Source of the DNA: Christensenellaceae bacterium
Lineage (GTDB): Bacteria > Bacillota > Clostridia > Christensenellales > Borkfalkiaceae
Assembly (NCBI GenBank): GCA_045536405.1
Contig: JAZSNM010000025.1
Location: 23,664 to 87,663 of the forward strand
Reading direction: 5' to 3'
DNA length: 64,000 nt
Of the stretch, positions 35,486-45,437 are shown in pieces. The first letter of the stretch is position 1; each line of letters opens with the position of its first letter. The position numbers were made by a program, and so were the translations under genes. The notes below the pieces were generated by a model. The model was not told the origin of the DNA. It saw only the letters and a program-made list of their open reading frames with translations, and made no database searches.

Positions 35486-37636
35486 TTATGGTTTATTTTT
35501 ATACGCCTGTAATATAATTTGCACGCTTTTGGCGGCTTCCGTTCCGTTGATAGAGAATTGCCGACGGTTTTGTACACAATCGTAGAAATCTTGTATTAAA
35601 GCCTTATGCCCAAAGCCATAACTCTTTTTGCCATACATTTTATCGTTATTTTTCAAAGAAATCAATTCATTGTTTATGATAACCTCATCTGGCATTACCC
35701 GAACGGTTTCCGTTTCCGTTCGCAAAATAAGTTCTACGGGAAATCCAACGTTAGATGCGTTGGTCGCAAAAAAGTTAAAGCCCGTACCGTCCGCTCTGCG
35801 ACATACCAAAGTGGCTGTGTCCTCCACCTCAATCGCATCCGTTAAGGTAAGATTGCTGACGCTTGCATAGACTTTCTCCGGCATACCACAAAACCATTGT
35901 AACAGGTCGAGCGTATGTATCGCTTGGTTAATTAACACGCCGCCGCCTTCGGTTTTCCATTTACCGCGCCAGCCTTCCGAATGATAATAACTTTTATCGC
36001 GATGCCAAACCACGCTCCCCGTTGCCGCAATGATATTTTTATCCTGTAAATATTCCTTTGCATATAAGTTTGCAGGAACATAACGATTTTGAAAACAAAC
36101 GCCAAGCTGGGCGTTAGAGGCTTTTTCCGCCTCTAAAATCAAAGGAATATCCTCTTCTTTTATGCACAGAGGCTTTTCGCAAAGCACGTTGATATTCCGC
36201 TTTAACGCCGCCAAAATCATTTCCGTATGCAGATAATGCGGCGTACAGATATGCACGACGTCGGGACATACTTTATCAAGCATTGTTTCATAGTCAACGT
36301 ACCCCGAAATCTCGTGGTACTGTTTTAATCTATCTTCATCGCAATCGCAAACCGCTGCAATTTCTAAATTCAATTCTTGCAGTACGGAAATATGCACCTT
36401 GCCTATCACGCCCAAACCAACTATTGCAGTTTTCATACACAATATTCCTTGCAAATCAAAGTTATTTTTTTCGCTGCCAAAAGTATTACTCATTTCTGTA
36501 ATGCCAACGTCTTGGTCTTCCTTTAATCTTGACGTAGCTCTTTTTTTGTTGAGCTCCGCCAAATAGATTTCTTCATCAATGGGCAACGTTACTTCCTCGC
36601 CGTTTCTCCACCCCGAAAGCTCAATCGCATTCATAAGTTCCACGCCGTTAATCCCGTCAACACCTTGCACAAACTGTTCTTCCAAGCCCAAAATCGCATT
36701 AGCAAAATTATTAAGAATACCTACGTGTTGCGGGTTTTGTCCATCCGTCTCCACTTCAATAATTTCGCATTTAGGACACTTAAAGCCCTCCGTCGTCGTG
36801 TTGGAAAACTCCAATGCATCTACTTCGTTTTTATACCATTTTAATATATTACCCTCACAGAGCAACTTGCCTTTCGTGCCTGAAATTTCAAGTCGGTTTG
36901 TTCCAGGAGTTTCGCCCGTCGTCGTGATAAACACACCCGTTGCCCCGTTTTTGTAACGGAAATACGCAGTTACCTCGTCCTCCACTTCAATGTCGTGCCA
37001 CTTGCCGTATTGACAAAATCCGCGTACCGCTTCAGGCATTTCGCCCACTATCCACTGCACAAGGTCAATTTGGTGCGGACATTGATTGATAAGCACTCCG
37101 CCACCTTCGCCTGCCCACGTTGCGCGCCAACCGCCGCTATCGTAATACCGTTGTGTGCGGAACCAATTCGTGATAATCCAGTTTACTCTTTGCAGCTCGC
37201 CAATGCCGCCCTCTTGAATAATTTCACGCATTTTGCGATACACGCAGTTCGTGCGTTGATTGAACATCATGGCAAATCTTGCTTTATGCTGTTTTGCAAA
37301 TTCGTTCATTTCTCGAACCTGCTTGGTATATACCCCCGCAGGTTTATCACAAATTACGTGTACGTTACGTTTCAAGCACTCCATAACGATTTCAGGGTGG
37401 ATATAGTGCGGCGTTTCTACCAAAACGGCATCACAGACCCCGCTTTCCAGCATTTCGATATAATTATCGTAATACGCAATACCCTCAAACTTATTTTTTG
37501 CCGTTTCAAGTCTGCTGGCTTTATTGTCGCAAACAGCTGAAAGCACGCCGTTTTCTACTTTGCCCTCGTTTAAAAAATCCGCATAATGGGTGCCTTGATT
37601 GCCCATACCGATAATACCAAATCTGACCTTTTCCAT
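35486..37636 (-). CDS. Tandem-fused double Gfo/Idh/MocA-family oxidoreductase
   Basis: 716 aa with two Rossmann starts (VRFGIIGMGNQG and KTAIVGLGVIGKVH). Each is followed by an EKP-type motif (ICDKPAG, LCEKPLC). Confidence 0.75.
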   Translation of the reverse strand: MEKVRFGIIGMGNQGTHYADFLNEGKVENGVLSAVCDNKASRLETAKNKFEGIAYYDNYIEMLESGVCDAVLVETPHYIHPEIVMECLKRNVHVICDKPAGVYTKQVREMNEFAKQHKARFAMMFNQRTNCVYRKMREIIQEGGIGELQRVNWIITNWFRTQRYYDSGGWRATWAGEGGGVLINQCPHQIDLVQWIVGEMPEAVRGFCQYGKWHDIEVEDEVTAYFRYKNGATGVFITTTGETPGTNRLEISGTKGKLLCEGNILKWYKNEVDALEFSNTTTEGFKCPKCEIIEVETDGQNPQHVGILNNFANAILGLEEQFVQGVDGINGVELMNAIELSGWRNGEEVTLPIDEEIYLAELNKKRATSRLKEDQDVGITEMSNTFGSEKNNFDLQGILCMKTAIVGLGVIGKVHISVLQELNLEIAAVCDCDEDRLKQYHEISGYVDYETMLDKVCPDVVHICTPHYLHTEMILAALKRNINVLCEKPLCIKEEDIPLILEAEKASNAQLGVCFQNRYVPANLYAKEYLQDKNIIAATGSVVWHRDKSYYHSEGWRGKWKTEGGGVLINQAIHTLDLLQWFCGMPEKVYASVSNLTLTDAIEVEDTATLVCRRADGTGFNFFATNASNVGFPVELILRTETETVRVMPDEVIINNELISLKNNDKMYGKKSYGFGHKALIQDFYDCVQNRRQFSINGTEAAKSVQIILQAYKNKP

Positions 37637-37640
37637 TACC

Positions 37641-38411
37641 TTAAAGCTCCTTTTGAATATACTTAATACTTCTTTCCACTTCCCCTAACGTATCGGGTAA
37701 AAGCGCTGCGTTATCCTGTTCTACTAAATAATACTCTACCCCAAGTGTTTTCAATTTCTCTACGATTGCTTTGAAATTGAGCAGACCTTCTCCCACAGGA
37801 CTGAATGTGGGCTCAATCTTTTTCGTCTCCTCATTGTATGTTTGTTTATAGTCTTTCAAATGCACGCAAGCAATTCTGCCTTTTAATTTTTCAAGCGTCG
37901 ATAAAATATCCACGCCGCCGTATTGCAACCAGTAGGTATCTGCGGTAAAATTAATATACGGCGCATTTTCTACCATATAATCAAATACCGTTTGATTGCC
38001 GTGTTTCAAAAATTCAAACTGGTGATGGTGGTAGAAAAATTTGAACCCGTTTTTCGCCATTTTTTCGCCTGCAGCGTTTAACAATTCTACCGTCTGTTTA
38101 CATTCCGTTTCATCAATGATTTTCGGAATGGGCATTGCGCCCAAGCCAATATATTTGCAACCAAATTGACTATGCTCTTCCATCAAAACGTCCGTTTCGT
38201 TTACAATACGGTCGTATTTTACGTGCGTAAGACAAATCGGCATACCCGTCTCTTCGCTTACACGCTTAATTCTGTCCACTTCATAAGGGCCGCCCGAATA
38301 TTGCATATACGAATATCCCATCTCTTTTAATTTCTTTGCCGTTTCTAAAAATTCTGCTTCCGTTTTAATCAAATTCCGAATGGAATAAAGATTTAACCCT
38401 ACGTCTTTCAT
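37641..38411 (-). CDS. Sugar phosphate isomerase/epimerase (xylose isomerase-like TIM barrel)
   Basis: 256 aa. It contains CVHLKDY and YYLVEQD motifs. Confidence 0.65.
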   Translation of the reverse strand: MKDVGLNLYSIRNLIKTEAEFLETAKKLKEMGYSYMQYSGGPYEVDRIKRVSEETGMPICLTHVKYDRIVNETDVLMEEHSQFGCKYIGLGAMPIPKIIDETECKQTVELLNAAGEKMAKNGFKFFYHHHQFEFLKHGNQTVFDYMVENAPYINFTADTYWLQYGGVDILSTLEKLKGRIACVHLKDYKQTYNEETKKIEPTFSPVGEGLLNFKAIVEKLKTLGVEYYLVEQDNAALLPDTLGEVERSIKYIQKEL

Positions 38412-39256
38412 TTTACAAATTCTCCTTTTTCTTCTTTATAATTCAGTTCTTTTAATATATTTTTCAACGCCGTAACCGCCGCGTCAAAAGCTTCTTGTCC
38501 GTTCGCAAACGTAAATTTGTGCTTCATTTCCGTATTATCAATACTCTTATACGCATCAAACTCCATCAAATGCGGTTCCAAAGTCAACACTTTTTCGTCT
38601 TCAATTTTGGCAACAAGTTCTTTTATTTTCGTATCGCCATATCCAGCGGGCACAAGCTCGCCCGTTTCGCTTATCACGTCTTTGATATGGAAATAATCCG
38701 TTTTAGAATGGAAAATCGCGAGCGTTTCGTCGGCTGCTTGTCCGCATTGTAAATAATTCGCGGGGTCGTAAATATATTTCAAGCCCTCTACGTTTTGCAT
38801 GATTTTCAATACGCGCTCCGCCGTATCCCCAAACACGTCTTTTTCGTTTTCATGGCACATATCCACGCCGTATTCCTTGCCGATTTTCACCATTTCGCGA
38901 AGATATGCAAACACCTTTTCTTCCTCGTCATACGCCTTAAAAAAGCTGAACATTCTAATCTTTTTCGTCTTAAAAATATTCGTAAGCTTGCAAACGTGTC
39001 TTACTTTTTCACAATACTTGTTAAAATCAACGTCTATATCCACTTTGCCAAGCGGCGAACCGATAGACCAAACGGAAATTCCGTTTTCCTCTAATTGCTT
39101 TTGATAAGACTTCGCCTCTTCTTCCGTAAACTCCGCCACGTTTTTGCCGTCTATCGAACGCAATTCCATCAGGGAAATTCCATTTCGTTTCAACGCGGAA
39201 ATTTGTTCCTGTATGCTGTTTCCCGCTTCGTCGGAAAATGCGCTTAATTTTATCAT
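38408..39256 (-). CDS. Sugar phosphate isomerase/epimerase (TIM barrel)
   Basis: The start is moved to the ATG at 39254-39256 (MIKLSAFSDE) after AAAGGAGG. It contains HENE and HIKD motifs. Confidence 0.65.
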   Translation of the reverse strand: MIKLSAFSDEAGNSIQEQISALKRNGISLMELRSIDGKNVAEFTEEEAKSYQKQLEENGISVWSIGSPLGKVDIDVDFNKYCEKVRHVCKLTNIFKTKKIRMFSFFKAYDEEEKVFAYLREMVKIGKEYGVDMCHENEKDVFGDTAERVLKIMQNVEGLKYIYDPANYLQCGQAADETLAIFHSKTDYFHIKDVISETGELVPAGYGDTKIKELVAKIEDEKVLTLEPHLMEFDAYKSIDNTEMKHKFTFANGQEAFDAAVTALKNILKELNYKEEKGEFVK

Positions 39257-39363
39257 ATAGCCTCCTTTTTGTTTGACTTTTATTTTTATTTTATATATAC
39301 TTAAGTTATAGCATTCTAAAAATATGCATACAAGCAATTTTTCTTTATTTTTAGCATTATCTT

Positions 39364-40098
39364 ATGATTAATTTACTCTTTTACAGACACAACTTAAAAT
39401 CTCCTCACGTCGCAATAACGCCGTATAAGCTCGCTTATAACGAGCTCACGGTTGTTTTCAATGGATGCTTGCATTATACGGTAAACGGCGTAGAAACACC
39501 ACTCGAAAAGGGAGACGTCATTTATATAGCGAAAGGCAGTTTACGGCAACGCGCTCCCGTGAGCGATGCTGATTATATCAGTTTTAATTTTGAGACCGAT
39601 TTTCCCATCGAACTTCCGCTTTTGATGAAATACGGCATTAGCGAGGTCGTTCATAATCTGCTTCACACTTTTGATTCAATCTTTGAATATACTAACAATC
39701 TCAAAGACGAGCGCTTTGAACTGCTTTTAGGCTGTTTGTTAAAGCAACTGGAAAAGCAGTGTAAAATGCAAGCCGAGCCTCGCCTCGTTGCAAAAATCAA
39801 AAATTATATACGCCTAAATTTTTCACACAAAATTACCCTCTCGGATATAAGCAAGCATACGCACTATTCCGTCCCGCATTGCGAAATGATTTTCAAACAA
39901 ACAACGGGGACGTCGATTATGGAATATATTATTAAAAAACGCATTGACACCGCAAAATCCTTATTGTTAGAAGGTACTTTGTCCTTACCGGAAATCGCCG
40001 ACGTGGTTGGATTTTCCGATTACAATTACTTTTCACGCGTATTCAAAAAAGAAGTGGGCGTAAGTCCACTTCGCTATAAAAATTCATATTATCTATAA
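39364..40098 (+). CDS. AraC-family transcriptional regulator
   Basis: 244 aa. It has a cupin-like N-terminus and a C-terminal double HTH (ITLSDISKHTHYS..., LPEIADVVGFSDYNYFSRVFKK). Confidence 0.8.
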   Translation: MINLLFYRHNLKSPHVAITPYKLAYNELTVVFNGCLHYTVNGVETPLEKGDVIYIAKGSLRQRAPVSDADYISFNFETDFPIELPLLMKYGISEVVHNLLHTFDSIFEYTNNLKDERFELLLGCLLKQLEKQCKMQAEPRLVAKIKNYIRLNFSHKITLSDISKHTHYSVPHCEMIFKQTTGTSIMEYIIKKRIDTAKSLLLEGTLSLPEIADVVGFSDYNYFSRVFKKEVGVSPLRYKNSYYL

Positions 40099-40129
40099 TT
40101 TTCATTTTCTAATTTAATACAGTAAATAT

Positions 40130-40160
40130 CCACCCGCATAGCGGGTGGCTTTACTTTTTC
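40130..40160 (+). terminator. Terminator after araC-family gene
   Basis: CCACCCGC-ata-GCGGGTGG followed by a T-rich tract. Confidence 0.55.
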
Positions 40161-40207
40161 GGGCATAGCCCTTTACTACTGGCGTAGCACAAATGTGCTT
40201 TTTTATT

Positions 40208-40744
40208 GACCTGCCAGTCATGCATGTATTACTTGCTACCCGTCAACGGGTCATTCGGGTCAATAATACTCAATTGGTCGCTTTCTTTATCTAACTTCAA
40301 CTGATTTTTGACATACTCTACTATTGCTTGCGTATTCTTCCCTACCGTATCGACATAGTAGCCCTTGCACCAAAATTCGCGATTTCGGTATGCAAACTTC
40401 ATATTCCCCATTTTGAGAATATTATCGTTGCACTTTTTCCTTTCAAATATCCCATAAAACCCCAAACGCTCATTTTGGGTGGTATTGTTACGAGTATGTG
40501 TATATGGTCAGGACATATCTCACCTTCCAACACTTTTACTCCTTTCCATTGACATAATTTCCTTAGAATTTCTCGTATTTCAAGTCTATGTTGTTCATAA
40601 AAAATTTTTCTACGATATTTAGGTGCAAATACGATATGATACTTGCAATTCCATTTTGTATGTGCTAAACTATTTGTGGTATTAAATGTTTCCGACATAT
40701 TTTATCCTCCGATTTTTTATTTTGTTTTTTGTTACTGGCAGGTC
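40208..40744. mobile_element. IS200/IS605-family element core (tnpA only); true ends uncertain
   Basis: A Y1 transposase gene is flanked by a perfect 11-bp inverted repeat, GACCTGCCAGT (40208-40218) and ACTGGCAGGTC (40734-40744). Additional hairpins lie at 40745-40895. Confidence 0.6.
40229..40698 (-). pseudogene. tnpA: IS200-type Y1 transposase TnpA, split by a 1-nt frameshift
   Basis: ORF 40399..40698 carries HTKWNCKYHIVFAPKYRRK and HIHILV. ORF 40229..40465 carries FAYRNREFWCKGYYVDTVG. The two frames join at the CCCCATTTT homopolymers at 40406-40414. Confidence 0.8.
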
Positions 40745-40896
40745 GCAATTACATTATACTAAATCGGAGTTTTTATTTCAACTCATCGGTAAACCTCCAC
40801 CGAACCACGTGACTATCGCGTGGTTTTCTTACGTAATTCCGAAAAACGGAATTACGTTATACAAAAAGTCCCCCTCCAGTAAAACTAGGGGGCTTT

Positions 40897-41388
40897 TTAT
40901 TCGCTCACGTATTCCACGTCTGCATTCGTCCAAAAATCGTTGCCTGCCGCAACGGAAATTTCATTCCACTGCAAAAGCGTGCCTTTGAACGTAATTCTAT
41001 TTAGTTTTTTACATTTCTCAAACGCGTTCTCGCCCACCGTTTTTAGAGAATTTCCCGTGCTTACACTCCGCAAAACGGTATTATCTGCAAACGCGTTCTT
41101 TTCGACCGTTTCCACGCCGCCCAAATCCACCGAACGCAATTTATACGCAAAATGGAACGCCTGCGCACCCACCTTTTTACACGAGGCGGGTAATTTTACG
41201 CTCACGACGTTCATATTGTTATAAAACGAAAGCCTGTGCACTTCGGTTACACCGTCGGGTGCGACGAGTTCAAAATTCGTCATTGTCGTGTTGCCCATAA
41301 GCTTAACCGACGTGGCGTCTGTGTACAAAATATACCCGTTTTCGTCTATACGCACTTTACTCCCGCTGGGCTCGTTATACACGTTCAA
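40897..41388 (-). CDS. BspA-type leucine-rich-repeat protein fragment (C-terminal part)
   Basis: 163 aa with repeated xAFxxCxxLxxV units (AQAFHFAYKLRSV, NAFADNTVLRSV, NAFEKCKKLNRI). It has no signal peptide and is probably truncated. Confidence 0.5.
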   Translation of the reverse strand: MNVYNEPSGSKVRIDENGYILYTDATSVKLMGNTTMTNFELVAPDGVTEVHRLSFYNNMNVVSVKLPASCKKVGAQAFHFAYKLRSVDLGGVETVEKNAFADNTVLRSVSTGNSLKTVGENAFEKCKKLNRITFKGTLLQWNEISVAAGNDFWTNADVEYVSE

Positions 41389-41391
41389 GGC

Positions 41392-41915
41392 TTAATACCC
41401 CACCCAGCCGTTGTTCTTGCTTTTATCTAAAACAAGCGAAGAACGGTTATACACGTCCACAAGCACATAACAGCACGCAAACGCGCCCGTAGCAGGGTTA
41501 CGCGTGAACGCAACGCCCGTACCAGACGTTTCGCCCATGTTACCGAACGCCATCATTTGTACGTTTACCGCAGTACCCCAGCTGTACGGGATATCGTGGT
41601 CCATACGATAGATATTCGCACGAGGGTTGACCCAAGAACGGAATACGGCTTTAACCGCTACGAAGAGTTGTTCTTTGGGGTCGTTGGGAAACTCTTTACC
41701 GAGTTGCTTTTTATACTCAGCCTTGAATTGGTTAGCGAGTTCTTTCAAGTCGTTTGCGTCAAGTTCTACGTCTTGCGTAACTCCTTTTTTTTCTTTCATT
41801 TCGTCGATGAGCTTTTCAAAGTAATTTTAGCCCACTTCCATAACAACGTCCGAGAACATTTGAATGAAACGGCGATAGCAGTCCCAAGCCCAACGGGGGT
41901 TACCCGATAATGTAA
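41392..41915 (-). pseudogene. ppdK: Pyruvate phosphate dikinase internal remnant
   Basis: [24 protein letters not shown] (the tail of ORF 41827..42063) and ...VFRSWVNPRANIYRMDHDIPYSWGTAVNVQMMAFGNMGETSGTGVAFTRNPATG (ORF 41392..41799) match the PPDK N-terminal domain. The frame is broken and both ends are missing. Confidence 0.75.
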
Positions 41916-41957
41916 AATTTTTACGCAAGCGAGTATTTTTTTCGCTTGCGTAAAATA

Positions 41958-44384
41958 TTATAAAGTTTCCGTTAATCGCGCCTTGATTATCTCCGACATG
42001 CCACAAGTAGCCACGATATCCGCGTATTCTTCCACCGTTTTTACCTTTTCCAACTGTACCCAAAGTTCAATCTTCAAACGGTTGTTGTATTCGCCCATCG
42101 TCAATATCTTCGCTGCGCGAGCGAGTAATTTAGAAAGCTCCGTTTGCGGTTCGTACTGCGCCGTAACGACGATTTCCTTTGCGCCGTTAAACGCAAATTC
42201 CGCCGCCGCGTGCATAAGATGCAAATTCTTTACGGGCAATTCCACGCCGTCCGCATACACACGCACACACGCGCCCACTGGTATATCTTTAAAGGAAACG
42301 CGCAACACCCTATCCATGGGCACAATAGACGCATCCCCTGTAAACTGCATACGAAGCGTTTGTACGTTCTTTTCACCCGATTTGGTAAGGCTTGTCGTCA
42401 TCTGCGTACGAAGTACTCCACTCGTACCCTGTTCACGCCCGTCTTCGCTAAGCGTAAACGCGCCGTCGCCTTCCCATACGCAAATTTCCAACTTCTTCGG
42501 ATTACTCACGTCGTTGCCTGCGTTCGCACCGAGCGGTATAATCCCACCTGCTCGCACAAGAACGGGTACGCTATCCAACGTACGCAACAACGTCTTTTCC
42601 ACACCGCCTGTGCCTACGACGTATCTATCGCCCGTGAACATATCCGTCCAAGTCCCTTCGGGAATCCAGACGTTCGTACGCGCATATCCGTCCGCTTCGC
42701 GCTTGGCTGTAACGGGTACGACGAGCATTTGTCCACCGAATAAATATTCTCTATCGTATTCATACGCCTTAGGTAAATCCCATTCGTAATAAAGCGGTTC
42801 GATAAGCGCTAAACCGTTCTCATGCGTGCGATAGGACGCCGAATGCAAATACGGCAAAAGCTTATGACGAAATCGCAACCACTCTTTGACGATTTCACCT
42901 GCGCCGTTCAAGAAATACCAAGGTTCTTTAGAAATCGTTTCCCAGTTAGAACAATGCAAACGATTAATAGGGCTAAGCACCCCAAACTGCACGTGCCGTA
43001 CGAATAATTCGTCTTCTTTCTCGCCCCTGTGATGCCCGCCGATATCGTGCGACCACCAAGTATACCCCACGTTGCTTGCAGTCGCCGTGAAATAGGGCAG
43101 GTAATCTAACGTCGCCCACGTAATTTCCGTATCCCCCGAAAACCCGAGCGGATATCTGTGCGAGCCAACCCCTGCATATCTCGACAAAATAAGCGGATTT
43201 TCTTTCTCTTTCGCATTATCCAAATAATGATAGTGATTGAGCGACCAAAGCGGGTCAAGCCCAGCTATTTTCGTTTTCGTACCCTGTTGCCAGTCAATCC
43301 ACCAAAAAGCAACGCCTTCCCTTTCAAACGGCTTGTGCAAGATATCAAAATACGCGTTGACGAACGTATCGTCGGTGATATCGAACGGGATTGCCTGTTC
43401 GCTCGCCGCATCCATGCCTAACGCCTTACACATATCGCCGTATTGCTCGTCCCAAAACCGAACGCCGTCCGCAGGGTGCAAATTGAGCGTGATTTTCAAG
43501 CCCATTTCTTCAATTTCTTTGAGCATACCACGATAATCGGGGAATAAATCGGTATTCCAGCTATAACCCGTCCAACCCACACGTTTATACTTGTCCTCGC
43601 CCACGTAATAGGACGTGTCCTTGCCCGTTTCTTTCAAACGGAATTTTTCCACCGTGGTCGTAGACCAGTGCCAGTCCATATCAATCGTCGCAACGGACAA
43701 AGGTACATCGTTTTCTTTAAAACGCGTTAAAAGCTGCATATACTCTTCTTGCGTATACGCGTGATATCTACTCCACCAGTTCCCCAGCGCAAACCGCGGC
43801 ACGAGCGGCGTTTTGCCCATAATTGTATATAACGCCCGCACTGCCGCGCGATAGTCGTTGCCAAACGCAAAAATATATTCGTCCGTGCCGTCGCCGCGTT
43901 GCGGTTTAATCGCCCCGTCGTCGCCAAGCGTCAACGAATTTACGTCATCGTACACCGCCACGCCCGTTTTCGAGCATACCCCCGTGCCAAGTTGAACTTT
44001 TTCTTGCCATAACATATGCACGTTGCCGTTACATTCGTCCAACGTTCTATACGTGCCGAGCAAGTTCCCTGCGTTGGAAATTTCTTGCCATTCTCCGTTC
44101 GACAAACGAATACGGCAATCGTCGCGATTTTCGCAAATCTTCAACGTACAAGCCTCCGTTTGGATATACAATGCGCCGTCCTTTTCTTCCGTTTGGTAGG
44201 CTTGCACAGCCATATCCCGAAACCAAACCGATTGCGTCGCCGCATCGCGAAATTCCAAATTCTCGCTCCGTTCCATACGGATTAACCGCGACCCAAGCAC
44301 CGTAATACGATAGTTCTTCCACAGCACGATATTCTCTATTTTCGCCTTTGACGAAGTTTTTACCTGTAAATGTTGGTTTAACAT
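41958..44384 (-). CDS. GH31-family alpha-glycosidase (alpha-xylosidase/glucosidase-like)
   Basis: 808 aa with [20 protein letters not shown] and WSHDIGGH motifs. Confidence 0.7.
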   Translation of the reverse strand: MLNQHLQVKTSSKAKIENIVLWKNYRITVLGSRLIRMERSENLEFRDAATQSVWFRDMAVQAYQTEEKDGALYIQTEACTLKICENRDDCRIRLSNGEWQEISNAGNLLGTYRTLDECNGNVHMLWQEKVQLGTGVCSKTGVAVYDDVNSLTLGDDGAIKPQRGDGTDEYIFAFGNDYRAAVRALYTIMGKTPLVPRFALGNWWSRYHAYTQEEYMQLLTRFKENDVPLSVATIDMDWHWSTTTVEKFRLKETGKDTSYYVGEDKYKRVGWTGYSWNTDLFPDYRGMLKEIEEMGLKITLNLHPADGVRFWDEQYGDMCKALGMDAASEQAIPFDITDDTFVNAYFDILHKPFEREGVAFWWIDWQQGTKTKIAGLDPLWSLNHYHYLDNAKEKENPLILSRYAGVGSHRYPLGFSGDTEITWATLDYLPYFTATASNVGYTWWSHDIGGHHRGEKEDELFVRHVQFGVLSPINRLHCSNWETISKEPWYFLNGAGEIVKEWLRFRHKLLPYLHSASYRTHENGLALIEPLYYEWDLPKAYEYDREYLFGGQMLVVPVTAKREADGYARTNVWIPEGTWTDMFTGDRYVVGTGGVEKTLLRTLDSVPVLVRAGGIIPLGANAGNDVSNPKKLEICVWEGDGAFTLSEDGREQGTSGVLRTQMTTSLTKSGEKNVQTLRMQFTGDASIVPMDRVLRVSFKDIPVGACVRVYADGVELPVKNLHLMHAAAEFAFNGAKEIVVTAQYEPQTELSKLLARAAKILTMGEYNNRLKIELWVQLEKVKTVEEYADIVATCGMSEIIKARLTETL

Positions 44385-44492
44385 ATTTATATCCCTTGAC
44401 CTTTTTGGTATTTTATGTTAGCATTATATCATAAAATATCCGTTTTTAATTCGGTTTATTCTTTATTTTATCATAAATATTAAGGTTTTTTT

Positions 44493-45260
44493 ATGTTTTT
44501 TGAAAGCAATCGCGATTCTCAACACTACTATCACGAAGGCGATAATAATTGTCTGCCTCATTTTCACCGTTCCGTCGAATTTTTATACGTAACGAAAGGC
44601 GAAAAACAAGTGCTTATTAACGGCGAAAAAAAGACGCTTTCTGCAAATCAGTTGCTCGTTTGTCCACCCTATACGCTACATTCGTACTTGCGCTCGAACG
44701 GCGCACAAATCGTAGCGACCGTGTCCGCGGATTATTGCGTGGAATTTGAGCGGTTTTGTCGCGCACAAGCTCCACAAACGTTCATCGTGGACGATACGGA
44801 CGGAGAAATGATCCGCTTGATACGACAAATCAAAACGGCGTGCAACCGCACGTATTTGCGTGGCACAGTTAATTGTTTGCTTGGTTTGTATCAATCCAAA
44901 ACGGAATTTTCACCTTGCGCGGATTTGGGCGAAAAAATGCTAATTGTGCAAATCGCGGAATATATCCATGAAAATTACGCGGAGAATATTACGCTGGAAA
45001 CGCTCTCTAAACAGTTTGGCTATTCCCGTAATTATTTTTCCGCGCTGTTTAAAAAATTTTTCCAAACGGGCGTTACGCAATATATCAATTCCGTACGCGT
45101 ACAACGTTCGGTAAAACTGCTTCGTAGCCAAAAAATATCCAGCGTATACACCGCCGTCGGTTTCCAAAGCCCACAACAATATTTTCTTAACTTCAAGCGC
45201 TTTTACGGTTGCACGCCGAAAGAGTATTTGCGTGAAACGCAACGCGTTTCGCTTAAATGA
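44493..45260 (+). CDS. AraC-family transcriptional regulator
   Basis: 255 aa with a C-terminal double HTH (ITLETLSKQFGYSRNYFSALFKK, VYTAVGFQSPQQYFLNFKR). Confidence 0.8.
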   Translation: MFFESNRDSQHYYHEGDNNCLPHFHRSVEFLYVTKGEKQVLINGEKKTLSANQLLVCPPYTLHSYLRSNGAQIVATVSADYCVEFERFCRAQAPQTFIVDDTDGEMIRLIRQIKTACNRTYLRGTVNCLLGLYQSKTEFSPCADLGEKMLIVQIAEYIHENYAENITLETLSKQFGYSRNYFSALFKKFFQTGVTQYINSVRVQRSVKLLRSQKISSVYTAVGFQSPQQYFLNFKRFYGCTPKEYLRETQRVSLK

Positions 45261-45341
45261 ATTGCAAGCATGGCTTGCATGAATTGAAAATAAAATTTTC
45301 ATGAATTGCCCTACGGTCATGAATTGCACGCGTTGCGTGCA
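45257..45341 (+). repeat. Four ATGAATTG direct repeats at 22/22/18-nt spacing, two carrying 7-bp-arm palindromes
   Basis: The units start at 45257, 45279, 45301 and 45319. The palindromes are TGCAAGC-atg-GCTTGCA (45263-45279) and TGCACGC-gtt-GCGTGCA (45325-45341). Confidence 0.6.
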
Positions 45342-45393
45342 TTATCGTAATATTTCCACAATGGCAACGCTTTTCTTCTCATTGAAAAAACAA

Positions 45394-45415
45394 CTTTTCC
45401 GAGTGCTCGGAAAAG
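45394..45415 (-). terminator. Bidirectional hairpin terminator
   Basis: CTTTTCCGAG-tg-CTCGGAAAAG with an A-run upstream and a T-rich tract downstream. Confidence 0.65.
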
Positions 45416-45437
45416 GTGTTTTCGTTTTTGTTTTTAA

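Noticed and set aside
35606-37540. Multiple plus-strand ORFs (35606..35845, 35628..35870, 36283..36501, 36579..36956, 36995..37540)
   Set aside because: All lie antisense to the 716-aa oxidoreductase gene, which has clear family motifs. They are long-ORF artefacts of the higher GC content.
41827-42063. 78-aa minus-strand ORF treated as a gene
   Set aside because: Its 5' part overlaps the GH31 3' end out of frame, and only its last 25 codons or so are the ppdK remnant. It is a chimeric ORF, not a gene.
41983-44322. Antisense and alternate-frame ORFs across the GH31 gene (41983..42789, 42144..42743, 42822..43007, 43158..43536, 43727..43927, 44016..44322)
   Set aside because: They are shadows of the 808-aa GH31 CDS. 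Their compositions are Arg/Ser/Cys-rich and there are no RBSs.
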